Below, piece by piece: positions 1-12,299 of a stretch of DNA of 37,682 bases. Position 1 is the stretch's first letter, and each line of letters opens with the position of its first letter. Origin of the DNA: Moniliella sp. 'wahieum'. Its lineage: Eukaryota. The translations under genes were made by a program, and so were the position numbers. Below the pieces are notes generated by a model. It did not search any database. It was not told where the DNA came from and saw nothing but the letters and a program-made list of their open reading frames with translations. Location: assembly GCA_003971905.1 (NCBI GenBank), contig RSEE01000033.1, forward strand, positions 620,001 through 657,682, in the 5' to 3' direction.

Positions 1-1
1 T

Positions 2-427
2 CTCCCCATCGCCCAAGCCCTTGTTGGGTGTGGAATCGGCGACGGGGGAGCATCGAAGCATGACAAGCTTGGCTCCCCATTTAGCTCGCCACAAATGTCC
101 AAGGCCACTTTAGCCGGCCCACCCACTCCCCCGCGGTCTCCTTCGAGCCGTCATCGAGCCCAGCTTTCGGGGTATCCAAACGGTACCTCTAGCTACCTAC
201 ATGTTCCTACCTCAACAAGCGCCGGACCTGGGAAGCAAGCTCTCACTCACTGCTCCTCTACTTCTGCTGTCTCCAGCACCCGGGCAAAACCCGTACGGTG
301 CAAAGCCCCTTGGTCACCTACGCTGGACACGTCTCCTCCCCTTTCTCCCCCCCTACCACTTTCCCCCCCAGCCCAGTGTTTTCCAGTTTTTCCTCCAATC
401 AAGACGCAAGAATCCACCGCTGGTTGA
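2..427 (+). CDS. 3' end of an unidentified Ser/Pro-rich protein (partial, runs in from the left edge)
   Basis: The frame of ORF 95..427 is open from base 2 (LPIAQALVGCG...PPTPPRSPSS...SPPLSPP...STAG*) and is followed by T-rich 3'UTR-like sequence. No recognisable domain. Confidence 0.5.
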   Translation, partial: LPIAQALVGCGIGDGGASKHDKLGSPFSSPQMSKATLAGPPTPPRSPSSRHRAQLSGYPNGTSSYLHVPTSTSAGPGKQALTHCSSTSAVSSTRAKPVRCKAPWSPTLDTSPPLSPPLPLSPPAQCFPVFPPIKTQESTAG

Positions 428-1044
428 ATCACATGGCAGAGGCCACGCCGCCTGGCTCATGATCAGAGCCTCACGCCATCATCATTCCCCCCTCCCATGT
501 CGCTGTTTCTGCCCTTTTGTTTATATCTCTGTGTTGTATATCTGTGTGTTTCCCTCTGCGTGTATATCTGGGAAACCGGCATCAGTACCGTTCATTATAT
601 TAAGGGGATATATCTCCTTCTCCCCCCCTTCCCTGATGTTACAGCATGAAACGAGAGGAAACGTAATGCAGAGCGTCCGGTTTGTCCCCACCCACCCACC
701 CACTTATCTTGGATTGATCAATAGGTGGATTAAAGCAGCAACAAACGAGAAGAAGAACGATAAACAGGAAGGCTAGGACTAGTATGGGCGACCCCTGCAG
801 GTATTGGAGCAGCTCGCAGGCTTTCCAGCTGGTCGTTAGCCTGAATGCGCGACATGTTTGCCAATAAATCATTTGTCCCGCGACTTGTGTTTTAGCCGAT
901 GATCCTTTGTCAGCACCCCTCTTTTACAACCGGCAAAGCTAGCAGGAGCGATATGCTGTGGAGCCAAAAACGTCTAGCAAGTGGCTGTGCATGCACTACA
1001 AAAGACACCGACATAGGTAGTAGCTATACACATCGATAAGAAAA

Positions 1045-2228
1045 CTAGTTGTTCTCCAGGGCGGCAACCGTGGTACCAGCTGCCTTGGCGCGTTTGCGCA
1101 GCTTGTCAGCCGACTTGTTACCACGCACACCACCGCCCCAGTGACGACGACTCTCCTCGTACTTGTCGACGTAGTTAGCCTTCGCCGCCGACACAAGGTT
1201 GGCCAGCTCACGTTGGTCTTCCGCCCGCACATCCTGGACGACGGCGATGGCAGCCGTCTTCTTGTGCACGACCTGGCCCAGACGAGCCTTACCACCCTTA
1301 ACAATCACCCAAGGGATACCCATCTTGCGGCAGAGAGCGGGAACGGCAACGACAAGCTCGATAGGGCGACATCGTCGGCAAGAACGACGAGGGACGCCTT
1401 CTTGGCCTCAATAGAGCAATGGCATGGTTGAGACCGTACTTGACAAAGAAGGCTTCTTGCCATCGGCCTTGGGGTCCGCCTTCTTGCCAGCAGCAACATC
1501 GGCAGCAATCGCAGCTAGACGGGCCTTCTTTTCCTGCTTGCTCTCGGGGCGGTACTTGTTGAGAAGCTTGAACAAGGCGGTGGCTGTGTTCTTGTCAAGG
1601 GTGTTGCTGAACTGGGCCAGGGCGGGGGGGACCTTCAAGCGAGAGTTGAGGATGACACGCTGCCGCTGAAGGCGAATGTATTCGGGCCATTTCACAAAGC
1701 GGGTCAAATCGCGGGCTGGCTGAATGTTCTGGCCAATACCAAAGTGGCGGGGACGAGCCTCAAACAGGGGTTGGCCTGCTTCTTGCTCGACGACGACGCC
1801 TTGAGGTTGGATGGGAGCTTCGGGTTCTTTTTGCTGGGAGCCTAAAAAATTAAGAAGGCAGAAAAAAGTCAGCAATGCGAACCAAATGGGAGGAACGTGG
1901 ATCATTGAGCAGGGGTGGTGAGGATGCCTAAGCCACGTCGCATACGTCGGGCCCCCGTACATCCCCATCGGGCTGGGCCCGATGAGGATGGCTCTATCGG
2001 AAGAGCCGCACAAAAGTAGACGTTCCCCATTACGGGTACTAGCCCACTTCATAGCAATCTCTTCCCCACATCACGTCAACACTTGGGGCCCATGCCCCAA
2101 GCTCAGCTGTCCTTCTTATCCCCCGCTTCTGCAGAAGTGGGGAGATTCTCTGCACGCATACAAGCGTGCAGGCGAGGGTTGAGGCCGATAGTCGTTTCAA
2201 GGGCGGGCGGATTGACGACACCTACCAT
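1045..2228 (-). CDS. RPL8: 60S ribosomal protein eL8 (yeast L8 / L7a), L7Ae family
   Basis: Exon 1 is ATG only (2228-2226); intron 1842-2225 (GTAGGT...GCTGAC...TAG). Exon 2 encodes [39 protein letters not shown]...[14 protein letters not shown]...[23 protein letters not shown]...RRHWGGG, spread over frames by single-base indels. Stop at 1045-1047. Confidence 0.97.
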
Positions 2229-2460
2229 AGCAAGAATCGAGACGAAAGGTGATGGTGAAAGGATAGGAGGGGCGATCATACCACCTGATTTAACTCGAAA
2301 ACTCGCCGCAGCACAAAAAAAACCCCTCGCTATCGATAGATTCCGCGCAACAAATTTCAGAGACGCGCGGAAGATAAGATTGCACCGATTCCCCAAAAAA
2401 GTTGGCCTCCCTTGGTCCCACATGACACGCTGCACAATTCAAACACCCCCGCAGCTAGCA
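2229..2460. promoter_or_regulatory. Short bidirectional promoter shared by RPL8 and RPA49
   Basis: About 230 bp between divergent ATGs. Contains AAATTTCAG (2352-2360, RRPE-like) and A-tracts. Confidence 0.6.
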
Positions 2461-3922
2461 ATGGGCCCGAAGGACTCGCACGACAAGAAGCGCAAAGCAT
2501 GCAGTAGTGATGCATCCAAGCCCAAGGCTAAACGCACCAAGTCGGCTGACACAGGCGCCACTGAGGCTGTAATCCAGGTGGATGACCGGCCTGAAACAGG
2601 CCCTGTCTTGGTCAGTTGCCCGGACTTTGACGTGCCAACCGAGACCCCTTTTACGCTCTACACCGCCCCTCCTATGGGGGAGGAGGGCATAGAGGATGAC
2701 CATGACCAGAACCTTCTTGTGGGAGAATACGACGTGATGCGTTACATTTCTAACAATGGTGACTGGTCTATTTTCACAGAAGAAGAGCGCGGCATGGGTC
2801 GTGTCCGCGAGTATGATGGCGAATACATATTGGGTGTATATGATCCAGATAAGAAGACGGTAACCCTGCGTCGGGCTCCGCTCTTATCCATTCGTCGCTC
2901 TGTTCGTGCGCATGCGGAACTCAACTCCATGGCAACGGGTTCGAACGACTACGCGGCTCGCCAGCTGCAGCGTAGGCATCTCGGCGACCTATTTGGTAAC
3001 CGCAAGATGAAGGCAAAAGCATCCAATGCAGACCGGATGAAAGTCGAGGGCTCTTCGGCAAGCATGCAACGAATTCTTACCCAGGTTTCTACTGGTATCC
3101 AAACTGTCAGTGCTGATAATGCCCAGGAGACCAAAGCGGTGCACGGGGAACAGGAAGCCGCCGCTCTCGCTGCAGGCGTACCCGCAGAAGTGTTGCGTTA
3201 TATCCCTATGCCCAATTTGAGCGCCGAGCACCCAGAGGAGGTCTATTCCTTCTCCTCTTTGGTCCCGACTGAGATCCTGCGCATTCTGAAAATCACCTGG
3301 ATCAATTCGGTTGAGACAGAGGCCGATGTGTCCAAATCCCTCCCCTTCCCTGCCCCTGCCAAGAGCATTACATGCGTGCGCGTGTGCTCGAAACGATCAA
3401 AGCGTACAGGTCCAACCCTTTAAGCCAGATGTTGGAAGATCGAGTTCACTTAGCTTATTTCGGGGCCTTACTTTGGGGCTTGCTCTTCTCTGAGCGTTTG
3501 CTCAATAACCGCAAGGCCCTCGCTCAACGACTTAAGCTCAATGACCCCGCCGGTAGCTCCACCGTGCTGAACCACATGTACCTTCATTTTACTGAATCCC
3601 AGCGCGGAACCAAAGAGCGTCGGATCACCACCTTTATGAAGACCAAAATGCTTGCCTACATCGCCGCCATTTTGCTTCATCTCGACGCCTTTGCAGTTGA
3701 CTATGGGCGAGTATCGGCGGAGTTGGAACTTACACCAAAACGGTGCGCTCTTTGGTCTCTTTTCTACTGCATTCTAACTGACCCCACATATTCAGGATGG
3801 CCGACATCTTTCATTCCTTGGGATGCAAGTCGTCAATGGTCAAATCCACCACCGAGAACAGGGCGATCAATAAAAGGGTACTCCGTTTGCCTTTGTCGTG
3901 GCCAAAGGCCAAGGCGTTCTGA
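2461..3922 (+). CDS. RPA49: RNA polymerase I subunit A49 (RPA49/PAF53 family)
   Basis: YILGVYDPDKKTVTL, RRHLGDLFGNRKMK, IPMPNLSAEHPEEVY, KMLAYIAAILLHLDAFAVD and ADIFHSLGCK match the A49 family pattern. Frameshift near 3370; intron 3743-3795 (GTGCGC...CTAAC...CAG); stop TGA 3920-3922. Confidence 0.85.
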
Positions 3923-4508
3923 GTGCATTTTCGACGCTATTGCTCACAAGGAATTCTTGGATGTTTCATGTGGACTAGGACATGCCTGTAGATCGATCGC
4001 ATTGAGCCCTTTGAGTGGAAACATGAGATCATGAGAGCTGATGAGGATCGGACCTCTACAATGCGGTTGTCCACCCCCGGATGTCAGAACATCACTTGAT
4101 CGCAGTGTACATCTGACTTTCTTTGGAGCTAATTGCCGATTGTTAAGCGCGTACGTTAAGCGTTGATTGTTGAGGAGGCCCGTGAAGCTTGAAGGTAGAG
4201 ACTGCTTCCACGTGACGCGTGATGCAAGAAGTGTCCATTCTTATTCTCAGGCGCTACTTGTGAATGCCCGTCTCAGTCCCTGCTTTGTCTGTCTCGGCGG
4301 ATGATATCTTCTTTTGCTACCACCTCTTTCTCCTCTTATTCTCTTTGGGCTCGACTTGACAACACTTGTGAACCAATATCTGCCGGGTGAATCGTTTTTC
4401 TCAGCGGCTAAGTGACAGAAACTCAAGTGCTATGCTATGCCCCTTGTTTCGTTTCAAAAGAAACCACACCATAATAGACTCTCTTTCATGCACCTGGCCG
4501 AGCAGGTT

Positions 4509-4516
4509 AAAAAAAA
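4509..4516 (-). terminator. Pol III oligo-T terminator of tRNA-Gly
   Basis: T8 on the minus strand one base past the tRNA discriminator. Confidence 0.8.
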
Positions 4517-4517
4517 G

Positions 4518-4614
4518 TGCGGCCGCCGGGAATCGAACCCGAACCTTCAGCTGCCCCCTGTCAGATTGTAAACCAACTTGGAAGGCTAAAATTCTACCTT
4601 TAAACTACAGCCGC
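4518..4614 (-). tRNA. tRNA-Gly(UCC) with a 26-nt intron
   Basis: Minus strand: acceptor GCGGCTG/CGGCCGC-A, D arm GTTT-AAAGGTA-GAAT, anticodon arm TTAGC-CT-TCC-A..A-GCTGA with the intron at 37/38 (4553-4578), T arm TCGGG-TTCGATT-CCCGG. Confidence 0.93.
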
Positions 4615-4875
4615 TGTTGTTTGCAAGCGGCATAATACTATAGATGTGGAAGCTATCCTGTAGCCACCTTCTTTAGCGCCCAGAGTGATCACCTTAACTT
4701 CATAACCCCACCCACCCATCTAGCAAGACTGACACCAAGACTGACACTGCTAGCCAGTAATATGTTCCCCTTGACTAGCATTACAGCGCGACTGCAAATC
4801 CACACAGAAGACAGCCCAGCTATCACTTGCCAGAGATTGCGGATGATATGCATGACAATTGATGCTCCTACTACG

Positions 4876-7085
4876 CTACTCGGATTTGGACACGCCCTGC
4901 TCCTCTGTCCCAGTCGTACGGAATGACGCCATGTTGGGCGTCTGGAATAGATCCGAGTCCTCCGGATCGGGTGTGACTCCAGTATGCGCGTGCACTAGTG
5001 CTGCCTCACTCTCCTCATTCAACAGGGAGGAAGGCAAATCTCCTACTGGCGCCGTCGCCATTGGCGCATCCAGCTGGCTCTCCTCTTCCACTTGCGTTTC
5101 CGACAGAGCCACTTCGGGGGCCTGGGCTGCTGCCGGCGAGACAGCAGTACGTTCCAAAGCACTGTCCCCAGGGGAGAGGTTGAATGTGCCGTCCCTTGAT
5201 GCCCGGACACAGTGGTGGAGGTGAATACCGCTTGGTTGGCATCTGAAGTTGGTATAGCTGAAGGATGGGGCGGGACACCAGTCCTTTCTCCCTCAGAACG
5301 AGCTTCCTCGTCGGGTCGTACTGCGTGGGGTTCAGCATGGCCCGGAACACCATGTTGATTCGGTTGGGAAAGAGGGGCCGGAGAATGCTCATCCTCTGCC
5401 ACTGCCCCTCGTTCTTGAGGCGAGTCACTAGGTGAAGTATTGGCGCCTATAGGCAACGAAGGAGAGGTTTGCTTCGGCGGGAGAGACAAACAAGGGTCGG
5501 CTGGCGGATCAGATTCCACGCCAAGTTCCACTGATTGCTCCAGTTTGGCTGTAGGGGAAATGTTTGGTCCCGCCACCTCCCCCATGGAAGCCACCGTTTT
5601 GGGGGAGCGGGGCTCCCGGGCAGAAAGTGCATCCTGGGTTCCAGGTGAACCACCCGTAACGCCAGGATCTTGGTGGGGAAGGTCTGTGGTGGCGGGGGCT
5701 TGATCGTCAAGAGTTGGTTCACGATGAGGGTCGGCAAAGTCCTTCTTCCCAAGGTCACCATCCAGGACGGGGTCGCCTTGGTTCACAGGACCTGGGTTGA
5801 CTCCAGTGGATTGGTCAAGCAGCTTCTGCCCAGGCGCTGGAGGTGCACCTTGCAAGACAGACGTAGCCTTGGTGCTGCTGATGGGTTGGATGGGTGCCTC
5901 CTCTGGCTCGCCATTGCTGGGGTCGGTGGTGCTTGCTCGTTTCCTGCGAGGCTCACGGACGATCTCGATTTGCTCAGAGGCAGCGCGAGGTTGGCTTCCC
6001 TCCCTGCTCAGTCGGGGCCTCTTGGTTTGCGGCTCGAGAGTTGATTCAGACTGTACCACGTCTTGTACTGGTGCCAGACCTGTACCAAAGGGAATAAGGT
6101 GGGGATGCACCTCAGCCTTGGTGGGCCTGTGAGGTGATCGGTGGTCGCCACGTGAATGAAGGAACCAGCGGCGCAGTTTTCGGTCGTTGGATAGGATGGG
6201 GGGAGGTGCTTCTCCTTCTGTGATGCGGTCCAGGTCTGCTAACCCCTCGCGCTCAATCACCTCCAGCTGCATATCTCGAGTTGGGTTTCCCCTCCACTGT
6301 TCCCCATACATCGGCCCCACATCCAACATTACCTCCCTGATCGTGACAGGATGAAGGGGCAACTGGCCTGGACGGGCATCGCCGCCCCTCATACGCGCAC
6401 GGATGGCTTCGAGCCAAGAAGGGGGGCGGAGGAAGGGGCCAACCCAAGCTCTGGTCTCCAGACGGGCGCATCGATTGGGTGTACCCATGATGGAAGAGAT
6501 GGATGCAGGCGCTGGCGGGCATTGTTGACGGCGTGGCATAGGGACTCCGAGGTGTCGCTCACGACTCGGCGGTGGTCTATGAATACTGCGTTCGAGGTCA
6601 GGAGGGGGCCGTACGAGAAAGGGGATATAACCTACTTGAGTCAGAAACAGAGAGAAGGCTGTGTGCGGTATATTCCCACTCACTCCCGCGCTGATCGGCT
6701 GAGGCATGAGAGGGAATGCAGTCGTCTGGAACGGCGCCCATGTCGTTGAGGAGCGGGCCTAGGTGCGACAGCGTCGTGCCCCAAATGTCGTTGGGCGCAT
6801 CCTCGTCGCCAAACGGGGGGGGGTGGAAAGCCCATGTTGGGTGCGCTGGAGGCGGTGCAGAGCGTTGGGAAGGGCACCGCTTTGGCCCAGCAGTTCCAGC
6901 GCGGAGAAGAACTGCTGTGCGTGAGACGAGACGCGGTCGGGGTCGACGGCCGGGGAGAGCGTGGAAGGTGGCGGGGATGCGGGCGGGGAGAAGCGAGCGA
7001 GGCGGTGGCTGAGGTGGTCGATGTAGGGGACCAGATCCCTGTCCGCCAGCGAAGGAAGGAGCGCGAGCGGGACGGACTCGCTCAT
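4876..7085 (-). CDS. Hypothetical protein with a helical N-terminus and a long Pro/Ser/acidic disordered C-terminus
   Basis: Overlapping minus-strand ORFs 6759..7274 (from MSESVPLALL at 7085), 5043..6707 (554 aa) and 4876..5157 join through frameshifts into one ~730-aa reading. No family recognised; ends are approximate. Confidence 0.6.
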
Positions 7086-7480
7086 CGCACCGGCGGTGGC
7101 GGGCAGACCAGCAGTGGCGGCGGCAGACCCGATCATGCCGAAGCCCAACGCGGCCGGGCGAGGGGGGCTGAGGCTGAGGTCAGCCGGTCCCTGGCCGGCG
7201 ACGCGTGACATGTGACACGTAACCGCGTAAGCGCGTAAGCGGAACGCGTAACTCCTGCTCACTCTGAGCGTCATCGATCCGATCGATCATCGACGGACAG
7301 GACAGGCAAGGGACCGCCTGCATGAATGAACATTTCAGTTCTCGCTGATGCGCATGCCGTTCGCGCGTTCACGCAGCGTCACGTGATGGTTGCTCGCCCG
7401 CCACAGCGGTCGGCCGCTCCAAACACTTCCTGCGTCGCCGCCTGGCTTGTCCGCCCATCCCACCACCCACCGCCCCCGCC

Positions 7481-10195
7481 ATGGACGAGGACGCCTACCT
7501 CAGCGACGGGTTCGACCCGCGCAGCGTCACCATCCCCCGCCTCCGCTCCATCCTCCTCCGCCACGGCCACGCGTTCCCCTCCTCCGTCCGCAAGGCCCAG
7601 CTGGTCCAGGCCTTCGACACTCACGTCGTCCCCCGGCGCCCTGCGCTGCGCGCCCAGGCCCTGCGCGCCGCCCGCATCCAGACACGCCCGAGCGAGGTCA
7701 GAGACATGCGCACCGACCCAGGCGTGCAGACGGTGTCCGCCTCGCCCCGGGCATCGCTTACTGCCTCAGCCTCAGCCCCTGCCCCGCCGCCCGCCCGCAG
7801 CTCACCCCGCCGCTCTCTCAGCTCTGACTCTGGCACCCCCCCGCTCTTCCCCTGCCCTCGCCCCCATCGCCTCCACCCCAGCTGGAAAGGGCCGAAAGCG
7901 GCAGCAAGCGAGCATGCGCCAATCTCCCGGCCCCAAGCTCCAGAACGCTGTGCTTTCTCCCGCCCATACCCAAGAGGACACCGCCAAACCTCGCAGAAGC
8001 AACCTTCGTGACCACAGGGAAGAGAGAGCCCCGTAAGCTTAAGGGACGCGCCTCAGTCACGTTCAATGATAAGGTCGAGTACTATGACGAGGATGCAGAC
8101 AAGAGCAACTTTTCCCATTACAATCCCTTCCAGAACCCTTCTCCCAACCAATCCCACGAGTCCATCAGCGCGGTACGTCCCCCCCCCGCCCCCCTTCGAT
8201 CCTTCCATTTCTGAGTAGAAGTGACACTGACAGACTCGAAAAAGGTTTCCCCAAACCCGAAGGGCAAGATTCAACCCAAGAGAAGAAGAGGACGAGCTTG
8301 CAGACCAGAGTAGCAGTTTTGCCAGCTCTGTTCGTAACGTTCTTCCCACCACTTTGCTTTCACCCCTGGCTGGGTGAGCCAGATTCAAGCTCGGCTCGCC
8401 GGGAAGAAACAACCACTTTCGATTCATCGGATACATCTGAGGATGAGTATGAGGATGAGGATGAGGATGAGGATGAGGATGAGGATGAGGATGAGGATGA
8501 GGATGAGGATGAGGACGAGGACGAGGATGAAAATGATGACGATGATGATGAGTCCGAGGAGGACGATGCCCCGCACTTGGAGGATGACGGCGAGGAAGAT
8601 GCTGTGCAAGATGGACAAGAATGGGCTGTTTCGGATCTGTCCTCATATTCAACCAGTTTCGACCGCTCTTTTGATCCCACAACTGACCTAGCCCCTCGAT
8701 GCACGCGTGGCGCGCGCGGCAACAAAAACAACCGACCCCTCGACCCATCGGACGGGTGACCAAATGGGTGGCCTACTTTGTTCATATCCTCACTGTGCTG
8801 TTGTTCTGTTCGGTGGCGGCCTACGTGTCGATTGTGTACTTCGTTCGAGCCCGGGAGTCCCGCGCGATCGGGTACTGTGATACCGCTACCGACTCGAACC
8901 GAGAGCTGGCCCGACGGCGGTTGATCCCTCACAATACGGACTTGCAGGACCCGTGCCTGCTTGACCTTGTTCCCCCTCTTGGCTACCCAACTCGTGCACC
9001 CCCTGCCCGGCGTATGGGGAATGCCGCCATGGCACGTTCCTCGGATGCTCTACGGCCGACTATCTCCGTTCTGAGTCCATGTGGTGGTCCCTTCCGCCTG
9101 TGTTGCGGACCTTCCTTCCCTCGACTTGCTGGCGCCTAGCTGTGTCCCCGACACCCACAAGCTACTCCTCGCCCTCGAGGTGGCGGGAGAGGTGGAAAAT
9201 GTCCTTGCCACTTGGAATGGGGGGTCAAGTGTGGATTATCCCCGCCGTTTGACACTGCAGCCGGAGGCAAACTCTCCGGGGCGGATCGCACGGATGCCGG
9301 GGCGCTACCCACATCGCAACTTCAGGAGGACCTGTGGGACCGCACCGAGAGTCGGCTGGACCAAGACTACTTCATCAGCTCTGGGACTTGGGGCTGACCG
9401 AGTTGAGACGAACGGGTGCGATCCAGACGGTTCCTGGCTCGAGCGAGGGCCCTATGGTGAGATGATCTATACCCCCCGGGCCATCATGCCATTCAAGTGC
9501 CGCACCCGTTTAGCGGTACGGGCGTTCCTGCGTCGCTTCCGTTTACTGGGCGGGGCAGTCCTCCTGCTGGTTCTTTCGGTCTTGTGGCTGAGGCATCGCT
9601 TGGCCTCTACTGCCCAGACGCGGGCCAAAGTGCGCCGGCTGGTGCGCGTCGCACTGGACCGCCTTATCGATGCCGCAAGACAACACATGCTCAACCCTAG
9701 CCTGCATCCGCACGCGCACTCGCTCGCACCACTCAACTCCGTGACGAGGTGCTGATGCATGAGCATAGTGTCGGTCAGCGTAAGCGGCTCTGGGCCAAGG
9801 TGGCCCGCATTGTCGAGGAGAACACCAATGTGCGTACAAGACAGGCCAAGTTGGCTGGCGATTGGGTCAAGGGCGTGGGAATGGATCGGAACGGTGCCCA
9901 GTGCGCTTCCCATCGAGTCGCCCGCCGCCAGCCTGGGACCCGACCCGGACGTCACGGGCGCGTCCTTGGCTCCGAGGTTTTCTTCACGACCAGACCGGAC
10001 CGGACTTTCGGGTTGAGGCCAGTCATCCTTCATTCCGACCCGGACCGTACTGGTATGTCGGCCATTGAGACCAGTCGCTTCCTTCAGACCGATGACGCCG
10101 ACCGGACAGGCGTGTCAGCGATCGAGGCCAGTCGCTTCCTCCAGCCCGTGGGACAGGGAGATGTTTCGCTTCTACTCCTTACTGTTAATCTGTGA
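7481..10195 (+). CDS. SRC1: Inner nuclear membrane HeH/LEM-domain protein of the Src1/Heh1/Man1 family
   Basis: N-terminal HeH motif YLSDGFDPRSVTIPRLRSILLRHG...RKAQLVQAF; intron 8173-8233; acidic tract; TM1 then IGYCD and a Cys-rich lumenal domain; TM2; C-terminal Man1-Src1 motif RKRLWAKVARIVEENTNVRTR...WEWIG. Several indels; true stop is 10016 or, more likely, 10195. Confidence 0.88.
8439..8528 (+). repeat. (GAGGAT)n hexamer microsatellite encoding a poly-ED tract in SRC1
   Basis: Ten perfect GAGGAT units (8451-8510) flanked by GAGTAT/GAGGAC variants, in frame as EDEDED. Confidence 0.95.
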
Positions 10196-10301
10196 TCTGA
10201 ATTCTGCGTTTCTAGGATCTCGCAGCGTTGAACGAAAGTGTACATAAAGGGTATCACGCGGTGGGGAGGAGGGGAAGAGGGTAGGGTAGGCAGGGCAGGG
10301 G

Positions 10302-11091
10302 CTAGGTGAACATCCGCAGATAAGCCAACAACAGGGCTGCCGCCCCCGTCGTCACTCCAAATAGGTACTAGTAGGTCCTTGTCAGATTGTCCTTCCTGGG
10401 CACAAGGTAGGCTGCACCCTGCATCACACTAAACGGGCACTTTGGATCTCGGTCCTTAGCTGGGCAATCTCCGCCTCGATCCTCGTCTCAATTTCCTTGA
10501 TCTTGAGGGCATGGACCGAGGACTCGTCTCGGATCCGTCCTGCACCACCGTGGCCACGTCAGCGCCTCCTCTCCGGTATCACATCATCAATGCGCACGTA
10601 CCTTTTTCCAAGTTGAGGTCAAGCCGTACCCCAGCTTGGGTGCGGGTGATGTCCTCACGGAGCTTGACCTTGACCCGCTCAATGTCGCTCATCAGACGTT
10701 CGTGGGCGGCCTTCATCACCACAAAATCATGATGCTCCAACAACTGCATCTCGGAACTTGAGCTGGGCAAAGGGGTCTTGCGCGCCAGGCGCCACTTTTC
10801 GGCATCGGGGCGCGACACCAAGTCGCGCTCCACTGTGGCAAAGCTCTCGTGGATCGTGTCCCGCAGGCGGCGCGAGCGCGTCAGCCTGCGAAGCGGCCAC
10901 TCCGGCCTCGTGTAGGCGCGCACCAAGCGCGACGTGTCGTAGGGCGCAGGCCCATGCGTCGCACAGGCCCGCGAGCTGGTCGTGATCAGGCGCACGCCGA
11001 GGGCGCCCGGCTTGGGCAGCGTGGCGGATACCAAGCGACATGGGTGGCGATCGACCGGTGGTTCGCACAGGAGGCTGTCACGAATGGCCAT
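10302..11091 (-). CDS. FMP32: Mitochondrial DUF1640 / CCDC90-MCUR1-like coiled-coil protein
   Basis: YDTSRLV...EMQLLEHHDF...KLREDITRTQAGVRLDLNLEK|GRIRDE...KIKEIETRIEAEI...GVTTGAAALLLAYLRMFT*. Introns 10540-10601 and ~10368-10418; TATA-like CTATAAATAA at 11121-11130. Confidence 0.88.
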
Positions 11092-11399
11092 GCCAGGTGG
11101 CAGGCGCAGGGGCCTGTGGCTTATTTATAGTAGGCGCTGGCAAAAACGCCAAGCGCTGGTCCATACCGCTAGTGCGCCCACAATTCCGCCTACTGCGGAC
11201 AGGCCCCGGGTATTTTGACGCACTTCGGTTCGTAACCCGTCTGTGTGTCTTTTGACTTCAGCAAAATGCACGCATCTCGTTCTCTGCCCAATGTACTAAC
11301 GCTCCAACATGCGATGATCCTTTCAACCCCTCCACCTGGGATGCACAGGAAGAAAGGTATTGTTTGCAGCCAGAGACGTTGTATATGCCGGCTGTTCAG

Positions 11400-12140
11400 T
11401 CACGACACAGGGTCAGACAGCAACGACACGCGATGTGTTGCTGCATTGCCACGACGAAGAGCACGAAGAAACAAGGAAATGAGTCCCAGGCACCCCCCAG
11501 GTGGAGCTATATCCGGCCTTGAGGTTGATAAGTACCTCGCTGTGTGGGAAATACCACACACGAATGCAGAGCCCCTGAGGTCGCGGTGTGCCGTTCTGAA
11601 GCTTGTCTGTCTGTCAGTGCCAGGGAAATGAAGCGGCTGGGTTGTTCTAGGCAGATCTCCAGAAGTCGATCTGAATACAGCGTCATCTAGTGGGTTAGTG
11701 GGATAGCTGTCGGCGTGTCATGATGGCACCCAGGTCTGGCACTGGACCAAAGCAATCCAAGGGAAGCCAGAAAATGCCTGTTGCGGCAGCTTCCCGGGCT
11801 GTGGCAGGCGGTGGCCGAGAGACGGTTTGCTCAAGCTGCGGTTGAAGGCCCAGGGCCTGAGCGCTAGACAGGATGCTGCCTACTGCCCCCTTGCCATACA
11901 TGAATGTGCCATGTTGCCGATCAGATTCTAAGGCTGCTGTGCGCAGCGCAGGGCCACGGACGGACATATAGCCACTAGCCATGCACACGTCGGGCACGCT
12001 GTATCGATCTTATGTATCGTAGATGCGTGCGACATGCCTGCAGCATGTATCACAGCGTAAAACTGAACAGGCCAACATTGATGCCTGCTCGAAGCACCCT
12101 GCCCGAACCCCACTAGCCTATCGACCAACATGCTTACCAT
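11400..12140 (-). CDS. Possible small spliced gene of unknown function
   Basis: ATG|GTAAGC donor at 12140-12132, a CTAAC...TAG acceptor at ~11687-11698 and ~100-codon open frames on either side. No homology recognised. Confidence 0.25.
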
Positions 12141-12299
12141 GACCACGACAAGTACTACAAAGGTAATGATTGCATGCTGCGAGCGGGCATATTTTTCTCG
12201 AGACGCGTCGGCTGGAAACGATCCCGTAAAGGGGTCAAGCTCGCTCTCTAGGCTTCGGTCCCCACTCCGATGGAGGGAAGACGAAAGGCATAAACACGT

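Noticed and set aside
1869..2075. Box C/D snoRNA in the RPL8 intron
   Set aside because: Only an imperfect C box (GTGATGT); the sole downstream CTGA is the branch site, and there is no terminal stem.
8360..8932. Poly-Ser, poly-PH, poly-MR and poly-IL ORFs
   Set aside because: Alternative-frame and antisense readings of the GAGGAT microsatellite inside SRC1.
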